Below, piece after piece: positions 55,440 to 62,569 of a stretch of DNA of 64,000 nt (within the stretch, counting starts at the first letter, position 1; the number at the start of each line of letters is the position of its first letter). The stretch is taken from the IMG/VR virus record IMGVR_UViG_3300032159_000001. One strand, given 5' to 3'. Source of the DNA: a virus. Below the pieces are notes generated by a model. That model made no database searches. It was not told the origin of the DNA and saw only the letters and a list, made by a program, of their open reading frames with translations. The translations under genes and the position numbers were made by a program.

Positions 55440-55454
55440 GGTACGATCCGAACC
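55440..55454. promoter_or_regulatory. Motif A (1 mismatch), abutting the HNH-like ATG
   Basis: GGTACG-ATC-CGAACC. Confidence 0.65.
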
Positions 55455-55973
55455 ATGCCCTGGACCCCGAAGACCTTCACCGAGCTACCGCCCCGCATCA
55501 GGAAGAAAATCCGTATGGAGCCGGAGAGCGTCGACGAACGCCGGGCCTGCTGGGTCTGGACGGGCTCGTTCGTCGCCCCGCGGGAGCGGCACTTCGTGAG
55601 CCGTACCCTGAAGGAGGGCTCGGTGGTGACCCAGAAGCGCGTGCCGAACCTCCACAGCACGGACCTCGGCTACCCGACCGCGGCGCACCGAGTGATCTAC
55701 GGCGAGACGTTCAACATCTCGATCCGTGACGTCCCCAAGCTGAAGCGCTGCGAGAACGACCGCTGCGTGAGCCCGTGGCATTGCATGCCGATGGGCCATA
55801 CCTGGCGGCCGGGATCGCCGGCCGCACGTTGTCTCGCGCTGCTTCGCGCCCACGACGTGAGCCCGTCCGTCAGCAAGCCCGACGCGGCGCTCGAGGCCGG
55901 GATCCCCGAGCACCAACTCACGGACCAGGTCTGGCAGGCTTACTGCATCGAGTGCGCAGCCGAGAGCGGCTGA
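55455..55973 (+). CDS. HNH/His-Me-finger-like protein with altered catalytic residues
   Basis: CWVWTG, AAHRVIY, KRCENDRCVSPWHC. Confidence 0.72.
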   Translation: MPWTPKTFTELPPRIRKKIRMEPESVDERRACWVWTGSFVAPRERHFVSRTLKEGSVVTQKRVPNLHSTDLGYPTAAHRVIYGETFNISIRDVPKLKRCENDRCVSPWHCMPMGHTWRPGSPAARCLALLRAHDVSPSVSKPDAALEAGIPEHQLTDQVWQAYCIECAAESG

Positions 55974-56079
55974 GACGCCCGCGGCCGTTCTAGGCCCCTC
56001 CCAGGCCCGGGAAACGCCTATCCGCGACCATAGCGTACCACGCACCCGGGATTTCGGTGGACAACTTCAACGATCATGT

Positions 56080-56094
56080 GGTACGAACCGTACC
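56080..56094. promoter_or_regulatory. Motif A
   Basis: GGTACG-AAC-CGTACC. Confidence 0.75.
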
Positions 56095-56233
56095 AAGATC
56101 ACGGACCGCTCCACGCTCTCTCCACAGGGTCGAAGTTCACTATTCGACCGACGAGGCGGAACACGCTACCGTGAACAGAACAGGAACAGAGCCGTTATCG
56201 CCGATGCCGGGAGTGTGTCAGGGTCGGCGGCAG

Positions 56234-56248
56234 ACATATCGGATATGG
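56234..56248. promoter_or_regulatory. Motif B
   Basis: ACATATC-G-GATATGG, just before the SD. Confidence 0.75.
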
Positions 56249-56261
56249 TGGAGGGGTTCAT

Positions 56262-56609
56262 ATGGCCGCGCCTCAGAGTACCGAGGACATCTTCGCCGGG
56301 ATGCTCGAGACGCTCGCCGAGCCAACGCGGTGGACGAAGCGTGCAGGCGCCCGCGACACCGAGGGCCAGCCCGTGCCTTCGTCCTCACACCACGCCGTCT
56401 GCTGGTGCCTGTTGGGCGCCCGCCAGCGAGAGCTGAGCAAGATCGAGGACCTCGCGCTGCTCGAGCGCCTGGACGAAGAGACCGACGAGCTGCTGCACCA
56501 AGCCTCAGGCGGCGCCTCACCCTCGGCGATCAACGACGACCCGGCCACGACGCACACCGACATCGTGGCCTTGGTCCAGCGGGCTCACCAAGCCGCGAGG
56601 AAGGCTTGA
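56262..56609 (+). CDS. Phage hypothetical protein (DUF6197-like)
   Basis: WTK.AGARD..G, AVCWCLLGA, IND..TTH; GGAGG SD. Confidence 0.7.
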   Translation: MAAPQSTEDIFAGMLETLAEPTRWTKRAGARDTEGQPVPSSSHHAVCWCLLGARQRELSKIEDLALLERLDEETDELLHQASGGASPSAINDDPATTHTDIVALVQRAHQAARKA

Positions 56610-57328
56610 CGATGCGTCCCGAAGAGCGGCCACACCTCGTGAACCATGTCTTTCAGGCGCTGTTCGTCGAGGATGTCAATGCGCCCGTCCAGCTGCTTGA
56701 TGAGGCCGTCGTTGACGAACGTCTGCAGGATCTCCGTGATCGACGGCCGCCGGATCGCCGTGCGGCTCGCCATCATTCGGTGCGTGACCGGCAGCGCGTC
56801 CGTCCCCGCGGCCGTGGCGCTGAGCAGCAGGTAGGCCGCGATCCGGCTGGGAACCGGGAGCTGCACCGAGGCCACCAGCCACTGCCAGCTCTCGGCCGCC
56901 TGAAGGTTCGCGTAGGCCTGCACGACGTGTCGGCTGGACTCGTGCTCGTCGAGGAACCTGCGCGCCGCCTGGGTGGAGCACCGCAAGGCGGCCCCGCCCA
57001 TATCGCATATGGCCCCGTAGGGCAGGGTGGCATCACCGAGCAACTGGGACACCCCGACGAGATCTCCCGATCCGAGCATGTTCAGGGTGACATTGGGCTG
57101 GGGCTTCCCGTTCGATTGCACCCCACCCGTGCTCGCGGTGATCGAGACGACGGCTTCGATCGGAGCGTAGACGAACTGTGTCCGCCGACCAGCCGAGAAC
57201 AGCTCCTGACCAGCCTTGAGGGACGCACGCTCGAAGAAGTCACCCCACTGGACGGTCTGCTTCATCAGTAGGTCGACGATAGTGTTCGACTTGCCGCCGA
57301 CCTTGAGAGTTTCACGTTGCTTGACCAT
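56585..57328 (-). CDS. Crp/Fnr family transcriptional regulator
   Basis: cNMP-binding beta-roll (GQELF, LGSGDLVG), RIAAYLL helix, HTH VTHRMMASRTAIRRPSITE, GRIDILD. Confidence 0.88.
   Translation of the reverse strand: MVKQRETLKVGGKSNTIVDLLMKQTVQWGDFFERASLKAGQELFSAGRRTQFVYAPIEAVVSITASTGGVQSNGKPQPNVTLNMLGSGDLVGVSQLLGDATLPYGAICDMGGAALRCSTQAARRFLDEHESSRHVVQAYANLQAAESWQWLVASVQLPVPSRIAAYLLLSATAAGTDALPVTHRMMASRTAIRRPSITEILQTFVNDGLIKQLDGRIDILDEQRLKDMVHEVWPLFGTHRQAFLAAW
56998..57012. promoter_or_regulatory. Motif B (inside the Crp/Fnr gene)
   Basis: CCATATC-G-CATATGG. Confidence 0.6.
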
Positions 57329-57672
57329 GACACATCATTCCCACAGGTGTTGTTCCGATCGCGACTGCAACAGCCAGAACTGCGGCAGTATCCGGTGTGA
57401 CGCGTTCAGGAACGTGGTGGCAGAGACGTGATCATTTAGGTTTTAAGTCCTATCGCACCGGCGAACCGCGATGTTCATTTCGTACCAAGAAGGTCCAACC
57501 GACCCCTCGACGAATGTCAAGAACCTCGGCCCTAAGAAAGCGCGCATCGAAGGCAAACTGGCCCACATATTCGTGTATGGCGGCCTCAACGAGCGCAGCC
57601 ACCCGACTTCGCGTCATCGGTCCGGTTCGGACCGCGACATTCTGTCCACAGCTTTTATAGGACAAAATACCT

Positions 57673-57777
57673 ATGACCGCGCAGGAAATCGCCAATCAGC
57701 TGCTTGCTGAGCACCAAGCCGCCCGTGAGGAGCGCCGCCGCGAGGCCCGCCCCTTTCGTCGTGTCCGCAACGCCTAG
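57673..57777 (+). CDS. 34-aa hypothetical protein
   Basis: AGGA SD; MTAQEIANQLLAEH. Confidence 0.45.
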   Translation: MTAQEIANQLLAEHQAAREERRREARPFRRVRNA

Positions 57778-57790
57778 TACGGATCGTACC
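57776..57790. promoter_or_regulatory. Motif A (1 mismatch), abutting an ATG
   Basis: AGTACG-GAT-CGTACC. Confidence 0.7.
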
Positions 57791-58198
57791 ATGACCCCTC
57801 TCATCGATGCCCCGCTTCCCATCGCACCTCAGCAGGTCTTCGACGCCGTCGTCGCGCATGCGGCCGGCATGACCAGCAAATCGCTCTTCGATCCTAAGAG
57901 CCGCAGCTCTGCCTGCGCCTACAGGGCACCGGACGGGAACGCCTGCTTCGTCGGGTGCCTGCTCACCGATCGCGAGGCGGCCGGCTGCGACCGGCCCTAC
58001 GATCCTCTCAGCGTCCGTGAACTCTACAGAGAGGGCCTCTTACCCGAACGCCTGAACCCGCACCGGGATCTGCTGCATAAGCTTCAGGAGGTTCACGACA
58101 GTTACGACATACCCGACTGGCCGAGCCTGCTTCGTGAGGTAGCCGACGACTATAACTTGTCGAGCACAGCGATCGACCAAGCTTTTTCGCACGCCTAA
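57791..58198 (+). CDS. Phage hypothetical protein
   Basis: QQVFDAVVAH..CAYRAPDGNACFVGCLL; ATG abuts motif A. Confidence 0.75.
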   Translation: MTPLIDAPLPIAPQQVFDAVVAHAAGMTSKSLFDPKSRSSACAYRAPDGNACFVGCLLTDREAAGCDRPYDPLSVRELYREGLLPERLNPHRDLLHKLQEVHDSYDIPDWPSLLREVADDYNLSSTAIDQAFSHA

Positions 58199-58205
58199 AG
58201 CCCGA

Positions 58206-58220
58206 GGTACGTTCCGTACC
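58206..58220. promoter_or_regulatory. Motif A, 10 bp from a motif B copy
   Basis: GGTACG-TTC-CGTACC. Confidence 0.8.
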
Positions 58221-58230
58221 ACTCACCTAA

Positions 58231-58245
58231 CCATATCGAATATGG
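58231..58245. promoter_or_regulatory. Motif B
   Basis: CCATATC-G-AATATGG, overlapping the SD. Confidence 0.75.
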
Positions 58246-58255
58246 AGGACAGATC

Positions 58256-58483
58256 ATGGCGACCTTCGTTTTTACGCAGCAGCCACGTAGGAAGAACAGC
58301 AACGAGCCGCTGACCTACACGATCACCGAGGCCACTGCCGAGCGGTCTCACGCAGGCACGCTCAAGAAGACGAAGAACCGCTGGCGCCTGAACTGGCGCG
58401 GCGTCGCCGCCGACTTCGACACCAAGATCCAGCTCCGGCGCCACTTCGCGCTGCTGGGCCACACGGTCGAGGGGCTGGCATGA
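58256..58483 (+). CDS. Hypothetical protein
   Basis: GGAGG SD overlapping motif B. Confidence 0.75.
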   Translation: MATFVFTQQPRRKNSNEPLTYTITEATAERSHAGTLKKTKNRWRLNWRGVAADFDTKIQLRRHFALLGHTVEGLA

Positions 58484-58740
58484 CGAAGTCATCGTCCCTC
58501 ACCGAGATCCAGCGCATCAACGGCGCCGGTCTCGCCCGCGGCTGGCACGCTGAGATGCTCCAGCGCGATGCAAATCAGGTCGGCCGCACCATGGCGACGA
58601 TCCACAACGAGCGTGTGGCTGGCGCCGCTGCCTTCAGCGTGCCTGCCGAGGCAATCGCGATCCGCGGCGGGCGCGTCCACTACCGCTTCCTCGACGGAAG
58701 CGAGACCAGCCACCCCTATGTGAAGCGGGAGCGTCCCTGA
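58480..58740 (+). CDS. Hypothetical protein
   Basis: Coupled start. Confidence 0.7.
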   Translation: MTKSSSLTEIQRINGAGLARGWHAEMLQRDANQVGRTMATIHNERVAGAAAFSVPAEAIAIRGGRVHYRFLDGSETSHPYVKRERP

Positions 58741-59027
58741 TGGTCACGCCCACCAAGCTCCCGCGCTGGAAGCGCATCTCGGCCGAGCGCTATCAGGAGA
58801 TGCGGGACATCCTCCCGCCGATCGACATCGCCGGTTCCGGCCGGTTCCTCGTCTCCGAGCCGATGAGCCATCGCAGGTGCCGGCGGCTCGACTTCGACTT
58901 CGTCTGCGCCGCCTACCAGGCCTTCGCCTGGATCGGGAACGAGCACTTCGAGTGCTGCGAGCCGCTCACCAGGTCCGAGCTGCGAGCCCTCGAGGTCGCT
59001 GAGATCCTGGAGAACGTCGATGCCTGA
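58740..59027 (+). CDS. Hypothetical protein
   Basis: Coupled start. Confidence 0.7.
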   Translation: MVTPTKLPRWKRISAERYQEMRDILPPIDIAGSGRFLVSEPMSHRRCRRLDFDFVCAAYQAFAWIGNEHFECCEPLTRSELRALEVAEILENVDA

Positions 59028-59427
59028 GTTCGTTCTCCAGGGTCGCGACGACCCGCGCTTCCAGGCGCTCGACAGCTTCACGCAGGCCTACATCGAGGCC
59101 GCGATCTTCACCGACGAGGAGCAGCTCGGCATCGACCAGCCCACCGCCGAGCTGCTGTCGGACCACACGTTCGCGGCCATAGTGGACGACTGCGCGCAGT
59201 TCCAGCGTTGGGCCAACCTCGATGCCGTTCCCGAGCATGCCCATGCCGGGCGCACGGGCATCCACGAGCAAGCCGGTCACGACTTCTGGATGACCCGCAA
59301 CGGGCACGGTGTCGGCTTCTGGGACGGCGACTGGATCGAGCCTCATGCCAACCGTCTCGACAACCTCTCCAAGAGGTTCGGCGAGTTCGATCTCTACCGG
59401 GGCGACGATGGCCAGATCCATCACTGA
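59020..59427 (+). CDS. Hypothetical protein
   Basis: GGAG SD; AGHDFWMTRNGHGVGFWD. Confidence 0.75.
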   Translation: MPEFVLQGRDDPRFQALDSFTQAYIEAAIFTDEEQLGIDQPTAELLSDHTFAAIVDDCAQFQRWANLDAVPEHAHAGRTGIHEQAGHDFWMTRNGHGVGFWDGDWIEPHANRLDNLSKRFGEFDLYRGDDGQIHH

Positions 59428-59656
59428 GCACGAGGCCGGCGACCGCCTGCCCCTCGTCCGCGCGCTCACCGAGATCGCGTGGGTGAACCTGCAGGCATCC
59501 TGGGACGCACCGAGCCCGCGGGTCGAGGCCATCCTCCTCACCAAGTCGCGCACCGCCGACGAGGCCGCGCGCGGCGTCCTGTTCGATCGCCTGGACCAGC
59601 TTAGCCCCGCGCACCGAGAGCTGGTCGGCGCCTGCACCAAGGAGATCACCCCATGA
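59408..59656 (+). CDS. Hypothetical protein
   Basis: Overlaps both neighbours. Confidence 0.55.
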   Translation: MARSITEHEAGDRLPLVRALTEIAWVNLQASWDAPSPRVEAILLTKSRTADEAARGVLFDRLDQLSPAHRELVGACTKEITP

Positions 59657-60087
59657 TCACGCCCAGAGAGCATGAAGCGCTCGTCACCGTCCGCGATGCC
59701 TTGGCCGCCGGCGAGTTCCGGCACAGCCGCATCACCGAGGGGCCGGACGGGCCGACATTCAACATGCGCAGCACCTGCCTCAGCGGTGACTGTGGCACGA
59801 TCGCCTGCATCGGTGGCTGGATGGCCATCACGATGCTGGGTCTGGCGAGGGAGAAGCCTGTCTCCTACGAGAACCAGACCCAGGTCTTCGACTTCGTCAC
59901 CGACTACGGCGACGGCGAACTCCTGCCTTCCAGCCCCTCCCTGAAGGTCCTCTTCTACCCGCCAGGGGCTCGCGAGGACGAAGAGTGGTGGGACTTCATC
60001 ACTCCGGCCTACGCCGTCGAGGCGATCGACAACTTCCTCCGTGACGGCGACCCGCGCTGGGGCGCGATCCGCCGTCGCATCACCTGA
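59653..60087 (+). CDS. Hypothetical protein
   Basis: AAGGAG SD; FNM..CGTIACIGGW. Confidence 0.75.
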   Translation: MITPREHEALVTVRDALAAGEFRHSRITEGPDGPTFNMRSTCLSGDCGTIACIGGWMAITMLGLAREKPVSYENQTQVFDFVTDYGDGELLPSSPSLKVLFYPPGAREDEEWWDFITPAYAVEAIDNFLRDGDPRWGAIRRRIT

Positions 60088-60119
60088 ATTCCACACCGAT
60101 AGCAGGTGGAGGCCACGTC

Positions 60120-60266
60120 GTGCCCACCCCGAAAGAGAAGGCGCTCGACGCCGCACGCTGGCGCTACCTGCGAGCCGCAGGCGGCCTGAGCCCGCGCACA
60201 GAAGCATTCACCAAGGCCCTCAAGGCCTATTGGGCCGATCTGCGGAGTATTCGCAATGATGGATGA
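60120..60266 (+). CDS. 48-aa hypothetical protein
   Basis: GGAGG SD plus GTG; not in the ORF track. Confidence 0.5.
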   Translation: MPTPKEKALDAARWRYLRAAGGLSPRTEAFTKALKAYWADLRSIRNDG

Positions 60267-60420
60267 CGAGCCCATCCGCTTCCGCAACTACTACCGCTGC
60301 GACGACTGCGACGTCGAGTGGTCCGACGACTGGTCCTGCTGCTGCGATGACGAATGCCCGTCTTGCGGCCGGGACTACACACCGACCCATAGCGAAGATC
60401 TTGAAGAGGAAACCTTCTGA
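60256..60420 (+). CDS. 54-aa acidic Cys-rich (zinc-ribbon-like) protein
   Basis: GGAG SD; CDDC..CCCDDECPSC; not in the ORF track. Confidence 0.65.
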   Translation: MMDDEPIRFRNYYRCDDCDVEWSDDWSCCCDDECPSCGRDYTPTHSEDLEEETF

Positions 60421-60578
60421 TGTTCCGCATCGAGCACCGAGATCACACCAAGCGCTGGAAGCGGTTCACCCGCGACCCTCGCTTCAACACCGAGCGTGCG
60501 GCCTGGGACTACATCGCCACCCTCGACCCGGACGGCATCGTCGACACGCAGCTGTTCCGGGTCATGCCCATCGAGTGA
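60420..60578 (+). CDS. 52-aa hypothetical protein
   Basis: GAGGA SD, TGATG coupling; not in the ORF track. Confidence 0.55.
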   Translation: MFRIEHRDHTKRWKRFTRDPRFNTERAAWDYIATLDPDGIVDTQLFRVMPIE

Positions 60579-60643
60579 CGCCTCGCCCCACGCAGCCGCC
60601 GGCTGCGCGAGATCCGTGGTTCATTTCGTACCAGGAGACCAAG

Positions 60644-60841
60644 ATGAGCAAGCCTATCGACGCCCACTACACCTTCCTCGACGTGAAGGAGGGCCGCCAG
60701 GAGCTTCGGACACGGCTCCAGGCCGGCGAGGAGATCAACGTGATCCTCAAGGGCAAGCTCTCCCGAGATCCCGCCGCCTGCAACGACGACGGCGTCTCGA
60801 TCGAGTTCACGGTCGAACTCGAGAGCGCCGAGGAGGTCTGA
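60644..60841 (+). CDS. Hypothetical protein
   Basis: AGGAG SD. Confidence 0.7.
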   Translation: MSKPIDAHYTFLDVKEGRQELRTRLQAGEEINVILKGKLSRDPAACNDDGVSIEFTVELESAEEV

Positions 60842-60905
60842 CCTCTCGTTCTGCACCGCACCCAGACCGCGGTGCAGGCCCGGATGCCAGAAGTTCAACT
60901 TGGAG
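60837..60905 (+). repeat. Gene-junction repeat element, copy 1
   Basis: TCTGACCTCTCGTT-[9-bp hairpin]-GCCCGGATGCCAGAAGTTC.ACTTGGAG. Confidence 0.85.
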
Positions 60906-60913
60906 ATCTTGAT

Positions 60914-61216
60914 ATGAAAGCCAGCGACATCACCCGCGTGGCCGACCTGCTCGATCAGCTCGCCCGTCATCGACGGAGCTTGCAAGGGCTCAGCCAGGTA
61001 CCGCTCGCCACCAACGGCGTCCATCTCGCCTTCCGCTACGAAGTGCCCGTGGAGGGGATCACGAAGCCGGAAAGGCCGGAGAAGGTCGTCTGCCACACCG
61101 ACTTCACGCCCGATGAGGTCGAGGGCTTCCGCAGCGAGGCCTCGCGCATCCTCACCGACAGGATCGGGCGCGTCTCGGCCGAGCTGCGCACGCTCGGGGT
61201 CAACCCGGACCTCTGA
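60914..61216 (+). CDS. Hypothetical protein
   Basis: GGAG SD from the repeat. Confidence 0.7.
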   Translation: MKASDITRVADLLDQLARHRRSLQGLSQVPLATNGVHLAFRYEVPVEGITKPERPEKVVCHTDFTPDEVEGFRSEASRILTDRIGRVSAELRTLGVNPDL

Positions 61217-61278
61217 CCTCTCGTTCTGCCCAGGTGCGGGACCTGGGCAGGCCCGGATGCCAGAAGTTCTACTTGGAG
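61212..61278 (+). repeat. Gene-junction repeat element, copy 2
   Basis: Same flanks as copy 1; 10-bp hairpin of different internal sequence. Confidence 0.85.
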
Positions 61279-61284
61279 GCGAAG

Positions 61285-61761
61285 ATGTCCGAGGAAATCG
61301 GCTACAGCATCACGATCGGCGGCAGCATCACGAAGGCGCAGTGGAAGCGCTTCTACGTCAAGTTCCGCAACGGGGACTACGACTACCCCAACCTCGACCG
61401 TGATCCCGGCACCAACCGTCTCACCGACTGCGGCAGCTGCAGCTACGGAGACACCAGCGACCTGCGCGCGCTCTGTCGCGAGTGCGGCCTCGCCTACGAG
61501 GCTCAGGCCGACGCCAAGTACGAGTACGACGGGGAGTTCTTCTGCTGGTTCCCTGGCATGGCGGCCGAGATGGAAGCGTTCGGCACGCAGGACGGCCGCC
61601 CCGCGATCCTGATCGAGGATCTGGTCAAGGTGGCCAACGCTGGCACCGACTTCCGGGAGTTCGCGCGGGGCTTCGAGCCGCTCGTCCGGCCAGTCCCGCC
61701 GCTCCTGATCGGCGGCGAGCCCCTCACCGAGTCCAACGCCTCGTGCCTGCACGACGACTGA
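61285..61761 (+). CDS. Hypothetical protein
   Basis: GGAGG SD from the repeat. Confidence 0.75.
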   Translation: MSEEIGYSITIGGSITKAQWKRFYVKFRNGDYDYPNLDRDPGTNRLTDCGSCSYGDTSDLRALCRECGLAYEAQADAKYEYDGEFFCWFPGMAAEMEAFGTQDGRPAILIEDLVKVANAGTDFREFARGFEPLVRPVPPLLIGGEPLTESNASCLHDD

Positions 61762-61780
61762 CAGGATCGGAGAACACCCC

Positions 61781-62230
61781 ATGACCAAGCGCACGTTCAT
61801 CTGCACCGTCGAACTCGACACCGAGCAGCCGGTCGATCCGCTCTACCACCGGAACGTGCCCAGCCTCGATCTGGGCGAGGACGCCATCTACACCCAGCTC
61901 AACGGCCTCCTGGACCACTCGCCCAACCTGCGGGTCTCGAGCGTCCGCGAGCAGATCGGCATCAGCTGGCTCGCACACCTCGGCAAGGACCTGAGCCAGC
62001 CCGAGTACGACGCCGTGATCGCTGGCCTGCGGCTGCTTGCCTGCGGCCTCGAGGACAAGATCGTCGAGCCGAACGACGGCGACATCGGGGACATGCTGAC
62101 CTGCGGAGGCCAGCACACGGGCCTGACCAGCGACGAAATCCACGACCTCTGCGACCGCCTTCTCACCGGCCCCGAGATCACGGCGGAGGAGCTTCTCTCC
62201 AAGCGTCGGATCCGCGAGACCATCGGCTAG
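61781..62230 (+). CDS. Hypothetical protein
   Basis: GGAG SD. Confidence 0.75.
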   Translation: MTKRTFICTVELDTEQPVDPLYHRNVPSLDLGEDAIYTQLNGLLDHSPNLRVSSVREQIGISWLAHLGKDLSQPEYDAVIAGLRLLACGLEDKIVEPNDGDIGDMLTCGGQHTGLTSDEIHDLCDRLLTGPEITAEELLSKRRIRETIG

Positions 62231-62258
62231 CCCGGATGCCAGGATCGGAGACCACACC

Positions 62259-62519
62259 ATGTCCCACTCTCCGTGGATGATCCACACGCAGCGTCAGCGC
62301 GAGCACCTCAAGCACTACGGGGCGCAGCACCTCGACAAGCAGACCATCAGCCACATGGCTCGAGAGGTACGCACGGACATCACGTTGACGGAAGAGTTCG
62401 TGCAGTCGCTCAAGCGCGCCGTGCCCGGCTCGGTAGATGACGTCATCGCCGAGTGCGAGCCTGAACTCGTCGAGGCCCGCGTATTTCTCGCAGAGTTAGA
62501 AGCACTGCTTGCCGCCTGA
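62259..62519 (+). CDS. Hypothetical protein
   Basis: GGAG SD. Confidence 0.7.
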   Translation: MSHSPWMIHTQRQREHLKHYGAQHLDKQTISHMAREVRTDITLTEEFVQSLKRAVPGSVDDVIAECEPELVEARVFLAELEALLAA

Positions 62520-62544
62520 CCTGCCCGAGGTCCGTCACCGCCAG

Positions 62545-62559
62545 CCATATCCGATATGG
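62545..62559. promoter_or_regulatory. Motif B
   Basis: CCATATC-C-GATATGG, overlapping the SD. Confidence 0.75.
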
Positions 62560-62569
62560 GAGCGCCGCC

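Noticed and set aside
56128-56149. TCGAA-Nx-TTCGA hairpins (56128, 46159, 51811) as a fifth motif family
   Set aside because: Spacer lengths differ (8, 7, 3) and TCGA is very frequent in this genome, so chance cannot be excluded.
57450-57695. Minus-strand 55-81 aa ORF upstream of the Crp gene
   Set aside because: No clear SD or motif, and it overlaps a likely promoter region and the 57673 gene; left uncalled.
1139-60632. CRISPR array or N4-type hairpin promoter explanation for motif A
   Set aside because: Copies are dispersed rather than regularly spaced, there are no cas genes, and no virion RNA polymerase is seen.
60837-61278. Integron attC interpretation of the junction repeats
   Set aside because: The ends (GTCTGAC / GTTCAAC) only loosely fit RYYYAAC / GTTRRRY, the element does not fold as one long hairpin, and no integron integrase is in the window.
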